The notes beneath the pieces were generated by a model that was not told the origin of the DNA, searched no databases, and saw nothing but the letters and a program-made list of their open reading frames with translations. A program made the position numbers and the translations under genes. A DNA stretch of 48,478 nucleotides. It comes from Klebsiella phage vB_Kpn_K17alpha61. Below, one piece after another: positions 1-9,737 of the stretch (positions are counted from its first letter, which is position 1; each line of letters opens with the position of its first letter). The stretch lies in sequence record OY757091.1; one strand, given 5' to 3'.

Positions 1-522
1 ATGTCTGAAGAACGTAGAAAGCGCGTAACGAAATCGCACTTTGCAGGTAACTTCAAAGCGCTGTATGAAAAAGAGTTCGGAGTGGTGCTGGGGCGCACGG
101 CAGAGATGACGCCGGAACAATTTTTCGATATCGCAAAGCGTTACTTCCAGTGGGCCGAAGAGAACGCAATCAAGGCGGCGGAGACGGCGACGTTTCAGGG
201 AGACGTTAACGAGTGGGGTGTGAATAAGCCGCGTATTTTCACGCTCACAGGGTTAAGCCTGTTTTGCGGCGTGAACCAGTCAACGCTTGGGCGCTACCGT
301 CACGATCCCAACTATGCCCCCGTCATGGAGTTCATCGACTCCGTGATTTATGAGCAGAAATTTCAGCTTGCTGCCGTCGGCATGATTAACGCTTCTTTCG
401 TCGGTAAAGAGATGGGGATCGATAAGGGAGCCAATATCAACGTCAACGCCGAGGGTGGCGCGGCAACCATCACCACCGAGGAAGTGAAAGCCGCAGTAAA
501 GGACGTGCTGGATATGATTTGA
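1..522 (+). CDS. Terminase small subunit (putative)
   Basis: 173-aa ORF at the start of the packaging module, upstream of large terminase; DNA-packaging-protein-like sequence (FCGVNQSTLGRYR HTH-like segment). Confidence 0.75.
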   Translation: MSEERRKRVTKSHFAGNFKALYEKEFGVVLGRTAEMTPEQFFDIAKRYFQWAEENAIKAAETATFQGDVNEWGVNKPRIFTLTGLSLFCGVNQSTLGRYRHDPNYAPVMEFIDSVIYEQKFQLAAVGMINASFVGKEMGIDKGANINVNAEGGAATITTEEVKAAVKDVLDMI

Positions 523-578
523 TGATAAACCAGCTATATGTTATTATGCCTTCACCTTAACAGATGAGGGCATTTTTT

Positions 579-1091
579 ATGAGCAAAGCAAAACAACTAC
601 CGAACCTTGACTACCTGAAAAGAATTCTTGATTACGACCCCGACACTGGAATCTTTCGCTGGAAAGAAAAGATAAGCAGAAAGGTAGTTGTAGGAAAGGT
701 CGCCGGAACACTTAACAAGGTGCAAAACAGGTTTAACATACAGATAAACGGGAAGATTTATCAGGCCTCAAGGTTGGCGTTCTATATGTACAATGGTGTT
801 GAGCCGGTTGGCGAGGTAGACCATGAAAACATGATCACAACTGACAATAGAGGCTGCAATCTAAGAGATGCGACGCATAACCAGAACGGCATGAACAAGC
901 GGAAGCAATCAAACAACACCACCGGATACAAGGGAGTTAGCTTTCACTCAAAGCGCGGGGAGTTTATCGCTTACGCCAAGCTGAACGGTAAAATGCATTT
1001 CGCAGGGTGGCACAAAACAGCGGAGAGCGCAGCATGTGCGGCTGCGTCAATGAGAGAAAAACTGCATGGGGAGTTTGCAAGGCATGGATAA
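579..1091 (+). CDS. HNH endonuclease with C-terminal AP2 domain (homing-endonuclease-like)
   Basis: LDYDPDTGIFRWK, VDHENMITTDNRGCNLRDATHNQN (HNH) and TGYKGVSFHSKRGEFIAYAKLNGKMHFAG (AP2). The GAGG Shine-Dalgarno favours ATG 579 over 564. Confidence 0.88.
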   Translation: MSKAKQLPNLDYLKRILDYDPDTGIFRWKEKISRKVVVGKVAGTLNKVQNRFNIQINGKIYQASRLAFYMYNGVEPVGEVDHENMITTDNRGCNLRDATHNQNGMNKRKQSNNTTGYKGVSFHSKRGEFIAYAKLNGKMHFAGWHKTAESAACAAASMREKLHGEFARHG

Positions 1092-2685
1092 ATTAATCAT
1101 TTGGGAAGATCTCACGGTTGCGCAGAAGATGGCGATTAAGGAACTAAGCACGCAAAACTTTTCGCTGTTCCTGAAGATCTGGTTTCAGATCATTCAGGGC
1201 GAAAAGCTAATGTGGAATTGGCATCATAGCTACTTCTGCCACACTATCGACGAAATCATTGCTGGAAAGAGAAAGAGCACGATCGTTAACGTTGCGCCAG
1301 GCTCCACAAAGACGGAGGCGTTTTCAATCCACCTCGCGCCGTATGCGTATCTTAAATGCCGGAAGGTTCGAAACCTTCAGATATCGCAGGGTGACGCGCT
1401 TTCTAAAGGCAACTCCGATCGCGTAATTAAGATCTTTTCTTCTAACGAGTGGCAAGAATTATGGCCTTCGCGGTTCGGGCGAAAACAGATCGATGAATTC
1501 CAAGTGATTGATGACAATGATCGCGTAAGGCTGGAAATGGTTTCCCGCTCATCTGGAGGCCAAATCGTCGGTAAGCGTGGTGGCTACATGATGCCTGGGT
1601 TTAGCGGCCTAATCGCTCTTGATGATATCGATAAGCCGAGCGATATGTGGTCTAAAGTGAAGCGTGAGAAAAACCACGTGCTACTTAAAAACACCATTCG
1701 ATCCCGCCGAGCGAAGAAGAAGAAGGGCGACGAAACGCCAATCCTTTCCGTTCAGCAGAGATTGCACGCGCAGGATGCCACCTGGTTCATGATGAGCGGA
1801 GGGATGGCCATCGACTTCGATCGCATTGTTATTCCGGCGATGGTAACGCGGGAATATGGCGAATCACTCCCTGACTGGTTGCGACCTGAGTTCGAGCGCG
1901 ACGTGCTTTCCGGCCCGTCGGTGGTCATTGACGGCGTGGAATACTGGTCATTTTGGGAGGAAAACGAATCGATCGAGAACCTGGTTGCGCTACGCGAAGC
2001 CGATCTTTATACGTTCCTTTCGCAGTATCAGCAGGAACCGATCGCCCTTGGTGGCAACGTGTTCAAGTCGGAGTGGTGGCGCTATTACGGCGATTCAGAC
2101 AAGGCGCACGAGCCGCGCCCGGACAAGTTCGAATATACGTTCATCACGGCGGACACTGCGCAGAAGGTAAAGGAGCTAAACGACTACTCTGTAATGTGCT
2201 ATTGGGGCAAGTATCGGGATCGCGTCTACTTCATTGACGGAATTCGCGGAAAATGGGAAGCGCCAGATCTCCGCGTTCAGGCCGAAGCATTCATCAAGCA
2301 GTGCTGGCGTCGAAACAAGGAGTGCGGAAACCTTCGCCGGATCTACATCGAAGACAAGGCGAGCGGTACAGGTCTAATCCAGGATTTAACGAAGGCGGTA
2401 AACGGAATGGGCGAGATCGTCCCGGTGCAGCGCGATAAAGATAAGGTAACTCGCGCTATGGATGCACAACCAATCATCAAGGGTGGGCGTGTCGTGCTGC
2501 CGGACAATCACCCATTCGTTGCAGAGCTTGAGGCGGAGATGAGCGCGTTTACATATGACGATTCTCATCCACACGATGATATTTGCGACAACGTGTTTGA
2601 CGCCGCAAACCTGGAAATGAACCTGAGCGACGATCCGGTAGAGCGAATGAAACGCCTTGCGGGATTGAAAAAGCTGGGTCGCTAA
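1084..2685 (+). CDS. Terminase large subunit
   Basis: Walker-like NVAPGSTKTEAFSI, LDDIDKPSD, C-terminal nuclease region TADTAQKVKELNDYSV...DDICDNVFDAAN; starts inside the end of the HNH ORF. Confidence 0.93.
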   Translation: MDKLIIWEDLTVAQKMAIKELSTQNFSLFLKIWFQIIQGEKLMWNWHHSYFCHTIDEIIAGKRKSTIVNVAPGSTKTEAFSIHLAPYAYLKCRKVRNLQISQGDALSKGNSDRVIKIFSSNEWQELWPSRFGRKQIDEFQVIDDNDRVRLEMVSRSSGGQIVGKRGGYMMPGFSGLIALDDIDKPSDMWSKVKREKNHVLLKNTIRSRRAKKKKGDETPILSVQQRLHAQDATWFMMSGGMAIDFDRIVIPAMVTREYGESLPDWLRPEFERDVLSGPSVVIDGVEYWSFWEENESIENLVALREADLYTFLSQYQQEPIALGGNVFKSEWWRYYGDSDKAHEPRPDKFEYTFITADTAQKVKELNDYSVMCYWGKYRDRVYFIDGIRGKWEAPDLRVQAEAFIKQCWRRNKECGNLRRIYIEDKASGTGLIQDLTKAVNGMGEIVPVQRDKDKVTRAMDAQPIIKGGRVVLPDNHPFVAELEAEMSAFTYDDSHPHDDICDNVFDAANLEMNLSDDPVERMKRLAGLKKLGR

Positions 2686-2693
2686 TACATAAT
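2665..2693 (+). promoter_or_regulatory. Putative sigma70 promoter upstream of portal
   Basis: TTGAAA (2665-2670), 17-bp spacer, CATAAT (2688-2693). Confidence 0.45.
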
Positions 2694-2730
2694 GTGGGCC
2701 TGACGGCCCACACTTAAACAAGGTTGAAAT

Positions 2731-4041
2731 ATGAATAACATTAAGATGGACGACTATAATCAAATCTTTAATGGTGGCGCTGGTTATGCGTCAACCCTCG
2801 CGTCTATCGCGGCGAGATTTGGAACAATGTCGCAGGTTGAAGAGTTCTATCATGAAAACGGCATGGCGAAGAAAATCGTTGACGTGATCCCGGAAGAGAT
2901 GGTCGCTCCCGGCTTCCAGCTAAACGGCATTTCAGATAACACCAAGTTCCAATCAGAATGGGACGGGTTAAATCTGGAGCCGCAAATCACCGATGCTCTT
3001 TGCTGGGCGCGGCTGTATGGCGGCTCCTACGTCCTGGCGATGGTTAACGATGGTCGCGCGTTGACTTCGGCAGCGAAGCGGGGTAAGCCACTCGAATCTA
3101 TCGTTGTTTACGACCATGATTCCGTTTCCGTCGCAGAGGAGGAAACCAGCCCACGAAGCCCACGATTCGGAAAGCCTAAAATGTACGAGGTGAAGCCGCT
3201 AAACGGCGGGCAACCGTTCAAGGTGCACTATACCCGTATGCACTACATCGACGGCGAGCGAGTAACCAACAAGGTGCGCAAGCTAAACAATGGCGCTGGT
3301 GGTTCGGTGCTGAACAAGTCGATCATTGAAGCTATTCTTGACTACGACTATTCGGAATATCTGGCAACGCAGCTACTGAAGCGCAAACAGCAGGGCGTTT
3401 GGAAGGCGAAAGGCCTGGCGCTAATCTGCGACGACAAAGAAGGCGAGTACGCCGCCCGTTTGCGCATGGCGCAGGTTGACGCCAATTCCGGCGTCGGCAA
3501 CACGATCGGCATTGATGCTACCGATGAAGAGTACACCGTTATCAACTCCGATATTACAGGCATCCCGGAATTCCTTTCGGCGAAGATGGATCGGATTGTC
3601 GCGCTGTCTGGCATTCATGAGATCGTGCTAAAAAACAAAAATACGGGTGGCGTAAGCGCAAGCCAGAACACGGCGTTACAGACGTTCTACAAATTGGTTG
3701 ACCGCAAGCGCAATGACGATTACAAGCCGCTGTTAGAATTCCTGTTACAGTTCATCGTAACTGAGGAGGAATACAGCGTCGAGTTCGAACCGTTGTCGCT
3801 GCCTACCGATGCGGAGAAGGCGGATATCTTTAAGAAGAACTCCGATGCGGCTCGCGGCCTCGTTACCGACCAGGTTATTGACGCAAACGAAGCGCGTGAT
3901 ACTCTGTCGGCGTTGATTCCAGAACTGAAGCTAAAAGGCAATGCGCCGGAACAGAAAAAACTACCCGATCGCAACACTGGTTCAGGGAAGACGCAAAGCG
4001 AAGAGATCTTAAACAACACGGAGGCGGATGATGAAAGTTAA
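2731..4041 (+). CDS. Portal protein, DUF1073/HI1409-like
   Basis: 436 aa; NGMAKKIVDVIPEEMVAPGF...LCWARLYGGSYVLAMVNDG typical of DUF1073 portal proteins; follows terL. Confidence 0.88.
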   Translation: MNNIKMDDYNQIFNGGAGYASTLASIAARFGTMSQVEEFYHENGMAKKIVDVIPEEMVAPGFQLNGISDNTKFQSEWDGLNLEPQITDALCWARLYGGSYVLAMVNDGRALTSAAKRGKPLESIVVYDHDSVSVAEEETSPRSPRFGKPKMYEVKPLNGGQPFKVHYTRMHYIDGERVTNKVRKLNNGAGGSVLNKSIIEAILDYDYSEYLATQLLKRKQQGVWKAKGLALICDDKEGEYAARLRMAQVDANSGVGNTIGIDATDEEYTVINSDITGIPEFLSAKMDRIVALSGIHEIVLKNKNTGGVSASQNTALQTFYKLVDRKRNDDYKPLLEFLLQFIVTEEEYSVEFEPLSLPTDAEKADIFKKNSDAARGLVTDQVIDANEARDTLSALIPELKLKGNAPEQKKLPDRNTGSGKTQSEEILNNTEADDES

Positions 4042-4798
4042 CGGCAGAATCCCAAACTGGCGTTATCCTGAAGCAAGCGAACGGGAGTTATCCCGTTCCA
4101 TGCAGGACGCGGTGACAGAACTCGTTGTAGAAATGCGGGATCGCTTAGATCGTCTGAAATTTGACGCCACGGCGGAGGAAATCAGCCAGGCGGAAGATGA
4201 TATCAGCGAATCTGCCATCGTGTTCTTTTCCGCCGTAATTGCGGCGCTTTCCTCCATTGGGTTGACTATCTATAGATTCAATTCGAAACAGTGGCTTGCA
4301 ATTGCGATCGCGGCTGGCGGGCGGAACAACGAATCAGTTATGCGCCTTAAAGAATTCGGCGCTGGAGGGTATGAAGACTGGTATCAGGAAGCGCTGAGGA
4401 AGTGGGAAGATGCCGCCGAAGCGTCGATCAGGAAGTTAGCAAGCGATATCGTTGCTGACTGGACAACGAAAGTTAGAACCGCCAACAACATTGGAAAATC
4501 TCGCAAGCAGATCGATGAAATAATCGAAGGCCGATACGCCATTTATGGTAGTTGGTCGCGCAACCGGGCAAGCGGAATCATCGGAACTTTTAACAGTATG
4601 TTGATGATGCAGCGCCTAAAAGATGCTAAAGTATCGCATTACTTTTGGTTCGGGATGATGGACGACCGCGAGCGCGAGAGCCACATCAAGCTAGAAGGCA
4701 AGCGACGCCCTGTTAATGGTGACGGCATTTTCCCCGGCGAAGAATATCAATGCAGATGCTGGGCGGTTCCAGATTTTAACAATGTAGAGGTATCATGA
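4028..4798 (+). CDS. Head morphogenesis protein (SPP1 gp7 / Mu F-like)
   Basis: C-terminal SHYFWFGMMDDRERESHIKLEGKRRPVNGDGIFPGEEYQCRCWAVPDF motif. Confidence 0.85.
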   Translation: MMKVNGRIPNWRYPEASERELSRSMQDAVTELVVEMRDRLDRLKFDATAEEISQAEDDISESAIVFFSAVIAALSSIGLTIYRFNSKQWLAIAIAAGGRNNESVMRLKEFGAGGYEDWYQEALRKWEDAAEASIRKLASDIVADWTTKVRTANNIGKSRKQIDEIIEGRYAIYGSWSRNRASGIIGTFNSMLMMQRLKDAKVSHYFWFGMMDDRERESHIKLEGKRRPVNGDGIFPGEEYQCRCWAVPDFNNVEVS

Positions 4799-5928
4799 TG
4801 AAAAGAGTTCAAAGGTTCGACACGGTAAAGATGAAGGCCCGATTCGATGAAAACGGCTTCCTGGTTGACACTCCAATCGTGGCGCGTATCGGTGCGCAGA
4901 CGTATCAGACACCAACCGGGCAGCGCGTCGAGTTCCGCCCGCGTTCGGAGGTGTTCGATGCTGAATCGCTGGCTTCATACCAGGGCAAGCCGATCACTTT
5001 GGGTCATAAGATGGTGAACGCGCAGAACGCAAAAGGCCTGGTAGTTGGCTCGTGCTCCGGCGCTGGCAAAGAAGAGGGGATCGGTGTTCTTGTTCCAGTG
5101 ATGATTTACGACGGCGAGTCAATCGAGCAAGCCAAAAAGCGCGTAGCGGCTGAGTTATCCGTGGGCTACACTTCGGTCGATATCGATCGCAAAGGTTGGG
5201 GTAATAACGCAACTGGCGAATATTATTTCGATGAAGACCTTCCGGAAAACTTCGAAGAGATGAAAAATGATTCCGTCTCTGATTGGGTTCGCTTTGATGC
5301 AGTGCAAACGAAGATTCGCGTAAATCATGTGGCGCTGGTGTTCCGTGGGCGTGCCGGGATTGCGAAATTAAATCTTGATAGCGAACAAGAATTCCCATAT
5401 GATGACGACTCAAACCACAAAGGAGCTAAAACAATGATCATTAAAATTGACGGCGTAGATGTTGAAGTGGCCGATAACGTAGGCGCTTACATTGCAAAAC
5501 TCGACGCGCAAGTTGCATCGGCAACCAGTCAGGTAACGAGCATCACCGCAGAGCGTGACGCACTTCAGGCCAAAGTTGATGGCATTGAAGATGAAGTTGC
5601 CGCCCGCGTTGCTAAAATCAAAGCCGACGAAGACGCAAAACAGAAAGTTATCGCGGTGGTTTCTGCCGCTGGCGTCAAGTGCGACGACCTGGATGTTAAG
5701 GCGATGAAGGTTGCTTACATCAAAGAGGTTGACGGTCGCGATCTGTCTGACAAAGAAGATTCGTACATCGACGCTTCTTTTGACTTTATCGCCAACTCTG
5801 ATAAGATGGCTGGCAATCGCTCCAAAGTCTTCGGCAAAAAAGAAGATGGCGAGCAAAAAGACAAAGGCGGCTTACCGAAACTTGACGGCACCGAAATCAT
5901 CGATCCGCAGGCAAAATTCCGCCGCTAA
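4795..5928 (+). CDS. DUF2213 capsid assembly protein (protease/scaffold-like)
   Basis: MMKRVQRFDTVKMKARFDENGFLVDTPIVARIGAQTYQTPTG...LASYQGKPITLGHKMV; coiled-coil, scaffold-like C-terminus. Confidence 0.75.
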   Translation: MMKRVQRFDTVKMKARFDENGFLVDTPIVARIGAQTYQTPTGQRVEFRPRSEVFDAESLASYQGKPITLGHKMVNAQNAKGLVVGSCSGAGKEEGIGVLVPVMIYDGESIEQAKKRVAAELSVGYTSVDIDRKGWGNNATGEYYFDEDLPENFEEMKNDSVSDWVRFDAVQTKIRVNHVALVFRGRAGIAKLNLDSEQEFPYDDDSNHKGAKTMIIKIDGVDVEVADNVGAYIAKLDAQVASATSQVTSITAERDALQAKVDGIEDEVAARVAKIKADEDAKQKVIAVVSAAGVKCDDLDVKAMKVAYIKEVDGRDLSDKEDSYIDASFDFIANSDKMAGNRSKVFGKKEDGEQKDKGGLPKLDGTEIIDPQAKFRR

Positions 5929-5979
5929 TAATTTGCGGCCTTCGGGCCGCTACCAGACCAAATAAACAGGAGATTCAAA

Positions 5980-6489
5980 ATGGCACAGATTCCAGCTTCT
6001 TATTCCCGCAAGCGTGATATTGCCGTAGCGGGGCAGATCGCTGATACGTCACTTTACAATATCGACGGCACTTGTGTTGCTGAAGGCGATATCAAAGCTG
6101 GCGTACTGGTGGCTTCCACTGGCGCAGTTTCCAATGGCCACAAGGTCGTTAAACCAGCAACCGCAGCGAGAGACGTCATTGTAGGCATCGCGCAATTCTC
6201 GCAAGCCTACTCGCCTGAAGGCAAGTATGATGATGAGAGCGCAGTTAACGTTATGACTCATGGCCGCATTTGGGCGCTCGCTGACGACTCTGTTACTGAA
6301 GCAGATTGCGCATTTGGTTCCTTCGCCACCTTTACCGCCAATGGCACCGTAGCGAAGGGTGATGCCGGGGTTATCAAAACTGGCTACAAACACACTGGCG
6401 AATACACCAAGAACGCAGATGGCACCGTTCTGGTGAAAGTGCAGGTGCTTCAGGGTGCGGTGGCTCCGGTGGCTTCTGCTGGCGCATAA
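5980..6489 (+). CDS. Structural cement/decoration protein (putative)
   Basis: 169 aa, Gly/Ala-rich beta-type protein between scaffold-like and capsid genes (DUF2190-like context). Confidence 0.6.
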   Translation: MAQIPASYSRKRDIAVAGQIADTSLYNIDGTCVAEGDIKAGVLVASTGAVSNGHKVVKPATAARDVIVGIAQFSQAYSPEGKYDDESAVNVMTHGRIWALADDSVTEADCAFGSFATFTANGTVAKGDAGVIKTGYKHTGEYTKNADGTVLVKVQVLQGAVAPVASAGA

Positions 6490-6496
6490 TAAGTAG

Positions 6497-6516
6497 TGGG
6501 GCTTCGGCCCCATTTT
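6497..6516 (+). terminator. Rho-independent terminator upstream of capsid gene
   Basis: TGGGGCTTCGGCCCCATTTTT. Confidence 0.65.
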
Positions 6517-6534
6517 TGCACCAGAAAAAAACCT

Positions 6535-6562
6535 TTGACGGCTTAACGATTCGTGATATTCT
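6535..6562 (+). promoter_or_regulatory. Putative sigma70 promoter of major capsid gene
   Basis: TTGACG (6535-6540), 16-bp spacer, TATTCT (6557-6562), directly after a terminator. Confidence 0.6.
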
Positions 6563-6602
6563 TCATCTCGTTAAGCCAAATACACAAACAGGAGTTTTTC
6601 AG

Positions 6603-7562
6603 ATGACTATGAAATTAGATGCATTCGAACAGAGTGCCATTAAGGTCGCAATGCAGGGCATGGGCGTAGACGCCGCAAAACTGGATGCTTACGGTATCTG
6701 GACTGTTAAGCAGATGACTCAATTACTGAATCGCCAGTATGAGCAGGCATACCCGCAGACCAGCGCACTTGAGCTTTTCCCGGTAACTACCGAGATCTCG
6801 CCGACCGCCCGCCGCTTTGAGTGGCTCGAATTCGATGGCGTAACTTCTGCGAAAATTATCGCCGATTACACCGACGATCTTCCGACCGTTGAAGCGATGG
6901 CGAAAGAGAAGTCAGGGAAAGTTTTCCGCCTGGGTAACGCGTGGTTTATTTCCATCGACGAAATTAAAACTGGCGCGGCGCTGGGTTCCAGCCTGAGCGA
7001 TCGCAAAGCAACTCTTGCCCGCGAAGGTCATGAGACGCTCGTAAACGATCTGGTGTTCAAAGGCTCCGCTCCTCATGGTATCGTGAGCGTTTTCGACCAT
7101 CCGAACATTAACCGCATGACCGCCAGCGCGGCTTGGGGCGATGATGCAGCAGCGGCTGAACAGGCGTTCGAAGATCTGGAAGACCTGCTAAACCTGATCG
7201 AAGAAACAACGCTGGGCCGTCATCACGCAACGAACATCGTGATCCCGCCGTCCAAGCGCCGTCTTCTGACCAAGAAGATGCCGGACACTAGCGGCGACTC
7301 TTATCTGACCTGGTTCACCAAGAACCACCCGAACATCACCATCACGGCGATGGCGGAGCTGGAAGATATTGACGGCGCAGGCACCAAAGGCGTGCTGGCA
7401 TACGAAAAAGACCCAATGAACATGAGTATCGAGATCCCGGAACGTTTCAACATGCTACCGATGCAGCCGAAAGACCTGCATTTCAAAGTTCCTTGCACCT
7501 CAAAATGCACTGGTCTCATCGTGTACCGCCCGCTGACTATTGCGATCCTCACCGGGATTTAA
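6603..7562 (+). CDS. Major capsid protein (DUF2184-type)
   Basis: 319 aa; FELFPVT-type capsid sequence (ALELFPVTTEISPTARRFEWLEFDGVT...). ATG 6603 has ACAGGAG upstream; the 6516 start runs through promoter sequence. Confidence 0.85.
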   Translation: MTMKLDAFEQSAIKVAMQGMGVDAAKLDAYGIWTVKQMTQLLNRQYEQAYPQTSALELFPVTTEISPTARRFEWLEFDGVTSAKIIADYTDDLPTVEAMAKEKSGKVFRLGNAWFISIDEIKTGAALGSSLSDRKATLAREGHETLVNDLVFKGSAPHGIVSVFDHPNINRMTASAAWGDDAAAAEQAFEDLEDLLNLIEETTLGRHHATNIVIPPSKRRLLTKKMPDTSGDSYLTWFTKNHPNITITAMAELEDIDGAGTKGVLAYEKDPMNMSIEIPERFNMLPMQPKDLHFKVPCTSKCTGLIVYRPLTIAILTGI

Positions 7563-7566
7563 TCAA

Positions 7567-7588
7567 AAGCGCCTTCGGGCGCTTTTTT
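7567..7588 (+). terminator. Rho-independent terminator after capsid gene
   Basis: AAGCGCCTTCGGGCGCTTTTTT. Confidence 0.85.
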
Positions 7589-7589
7589 A

Positions 7590-7618
7590 TTGCATTGCAT
7601 TCTACAATGTGCTTTAAT
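7590..7618 (+). promoter_or_regulatory. Putative sigma70 promoter abutting the terminator
   Basis: TTGCAT (7590-7595), 17-bp spacer, TTTAAT (7613-7618). Confidence 0.4.
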
Positions 7619-7652
7619 TTGAAACCTAAAGTAAACCAATGGAGCATTAACA

Positions 7653-7940
7653 ATGGCCAGTAAAAAAGAAACCGTAGAAACCGCAGAAATCACCAATGCA
7701 GCACAGGAATCGCAGGTTGTTCAACTGCAAAACGTTGGTGCGTGTGCAATTCGCTATAAAGGCAAAAATTACGTATATGAGCAGGTTTTCGAAGTGCCAG
7801 AAAGCGAGATCGACCGCTTCCGCCACGAAATCTTCAAAGGCCGGGTCGAGTTCTACGACAATCCGAAACGCACGCGCGAATACATCGCGGCAGTGAAGGC
7901 AAAAGCGAAAGAGATCGTGCAGCCTAAAAGCGCGGAATAA
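7653..7940 (+). CDS. Hypothetical protein in head/connector module
   Basis: 95 aa, [20 protein letters not shown]...; plausible spacing after leader. Confidence 0.7.
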   Translation: MASKKETVETAEITNAAQESQVVQLQNVGACAIRYKGKNYVYEQVFEVPESEIDRFRHEIFKGRVEFYDNPKRTREYIAAVKAKAKEIVQPKSAE

Positions 7941-7993
7941 CAAAAACCAACAAAGGGCGCTTCGGCGTCCTTTTTCATATCAGGAGAGCGACC

Positions 7994-8410
7994 ATGAATT
8001 ACACAATTCAAGATGTGATCGATAAAATGCGCAGCCTTGCGCCTCCACTTAAAAAAGTACCAGACGAACTGCTAACCGCATGGGTCGTGCTTGCTGAGGA
8101 GTTCGTTTGCAAATCAAGGTTCGGGGATTCCATTGTTACAGCGATCGCACTTATGACCATGCACCTAATGTTTTTGGATGGCGCAATGAAGCAAGAAGGC
8201 GAAAGCCTGGAGTCTTACACACAGCGAGTGGCATCGTTCACCCTGACCGGGGAGTTTTCCCAAACCTTCGATCGCGTGTCGGCGTCAAGCGATAACGAAA
8301 TGCTTTCTACGCCGTGGGGCAAAATGTACTGGCGTATGCTCAAAATGCGCGGCGGTGGCTTCGGCCTGCTTACCGCTGGCAACGTCCGGCGCTGCGGGGT
8401 TGGGAGGTAA
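7994..8410 (+). CDS. Head-tail connector, DUF4054-like
   Basis: 138 aa; C-terminal [24 protein letters not shown] typical of DUF4054. Confidence 0.75.
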   Translation: MNYTIQDVIDKMRSLAPPLKKVPDELLTAWVVLAEEFVCKSRFGDSIVTAIALMTMHLMFLDGAMKQEGESLESYTQRVASFTLTGEFSQTFDRVSASSDNEMLSTPWGKMYWRMLKMRGGGFGLLTAGNVRRCGVGR

Positions 8411-8415
8411 TAGCA

Positions 8416-8793
8416 ATGAACTACAAAGCAATCCAGGCACGAGCAAGCGCTGGCATTAAGTTCTTCAGCGACGCTGACGGCGTGTTCAACAAGTACACGA
8501 AAGGCGCTGGCGGTGGCATCGACCCGGAAACCGGGGATGATATCATTCCCGGAGAGGTGGTGACGACAATCAAAGGGGCGATCAGGGATGTAAATGATCG
8601 TGATATCAACGGCGAGACCATCCTTGCTGGCGATAAGCGCGGGTTTTTCACTCACGACGAGCCAATCATGGAAGGTGACGAAATCGAAGTGGACGGTGAG
8701 CGATATCGCGTGGTTAATGCCCGCCCGGTAAAACCAACTGGAACCGTTGTCGCCTACCGTCCAGTTTTACGCAGGGTGGCGACTTATGGCTAA
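8416..8793 (+). CDS. Head-tail joining protein (putative)
   Basis: MNYKAIQARASAGIKFFSDADG...; ATG 8416 preceded by GGGAGGTAATAG; position in connector cluster. Confidence 0.6.
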   Translation: MNYKAIQARASAGIKFFSDADGVFNKYTKGAGGGIDPETGDDIIPGEVVTTIKGAIRDVNDRDINGETILAGDKRGFFTHDEPIMEGDEIEVDGERYRVVNARPVKPTGTVVAYRPVLRRVATYG

Positions 8794-9223
8794 TTACACT
8801 ATCCGTGAATTCACAGGCGCTATTGATGCGTGGTGTAAGTACGCTGGCGATGCGTTGGAGGACGTTGTAAGGTTTACGTGTGAAGATATTCACCGCGACC
8901 TTGTGATGCGTTCTCCGGTGGATACAGGGCGCTTCCGTGGTAACTGGCAAATCACCTTTAACCGCGCCCCGCTTTACGCTATTAACGCATACGACCAAAC
9001 TGGCGAAAAGACGATCCAGAACGGTAAAGCCAACATTGCGCTATACGCAAAAGGGGCTGGGATCACTTCGATCTGGTTCAGTAACATGCTAATCTATGCG
9101 AACGCGCTGGAGTACGGCCATTCAAAGCAGGCTCCCAATGGCGTTATGGGAGTTGTTGCGATCCGGTTGGGCGTTTATGTTACTGAAGCAATCAAGCGAG
9201 CGAGGGCGAAAAATGCATTATGA
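8786..9223 (+). CDS. HK97 gp10-like head-tail/minor tail completion protein
   Basis: SPVDTGRFRGNWQITFN...ALEYGHSKQAPNGVMGVV motif. Confidence 0.8.
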   Translation: MANYTIREFTGAIDAWCKYAGDALEDVVRFTCEDIHRDLVMRSPVDTGRFRGNWQITFNRAPLYAINAYDQTGEKTIQNGKANIALYAKGAGITSIWFSNMLIYANALEYGHSKQAPNGVMGVVAIRLGVYVTEAIKRARAKNAL

Positions 9224-9644
9224 GATGGCGTTAAAATGCAAGGCGGCAGTGGCTAAATTTGCCGCCGAGAACGGGTTGATGGTCGCAGGAGATAACGTTG
9301 ACTTTATCCCCCCGAAAGGCGGTGAGACCTACCTTAAAGTCTCCTACGTCGAGGCGGATTCAAGATCGGTTGACCTGTCAAGAAAATGCCGAGTCTATCT
9401 GGCGATGGTTCAGATTGACGTTATCTTTAAGCCTGGGATCGGAACCGACCGCGCGAGGATTATAGCCCAACGCGTTGCAAAATTCTTCCCTGAAGGCAAG
9501 ATTGTTGATCGTGACAGTAAGTTATATGTGAGCGAGTGGGCGGAGGTACACGGCGTGCAGAAGCACGAAACGGGGTGGTTCTTTCCGGTTAGGTTCACAG
9601 TAAGACGCGAGAGCGTGGAGGAAAGCGGTTATCCATCAACCTAA
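9213..9644 (+). CDS. Tail terminator-like protein (DUF4128-like)
   Basis: MHYEMALKCKAAVAKFAAENGLMVAGDNVDFIPP...; overlaps previous ORF; immediately upstream of tail tube gene. Confidence 0.7.
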   Translation: MHYEMALKCKAAVAKFAAENGLMVAGDNVDFIPPKGGETYLKVSYVEADSRSVDLSRKCRVYLAMVQIDVIFKPGIGTDRARIIAQRVAKFFPEGKIVDRDSKLYVSEWAEVHGVQKHETGWFFPVRFTVRRESVEESGYPST

Positions 9645-9670
9645 CGGATCTTAGAGGTGCTTATAACTTC

Positions 9671-9699
9671 TTGCCAGCCTGGAAATATATAGGCATAAT
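9671..9699 (+). promoter_or_regulatory. Putative sigma70 promoter of tail tube gene
   Basis: TTGCCA (9671-9676), 17-bp spacer, CATAAT (9694-9699). Confidence 0.45.
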
Positions 9700-9737
9700 G
9701 GCGTTGTTAAACTTTCATCAAAACAGGAGTATTCAAC

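Noticed and set aside
1856-2438. Three overlapping + ORFs inside the large terminase
   Set aside because: Out-of-frame translations of a well-supported terminase.
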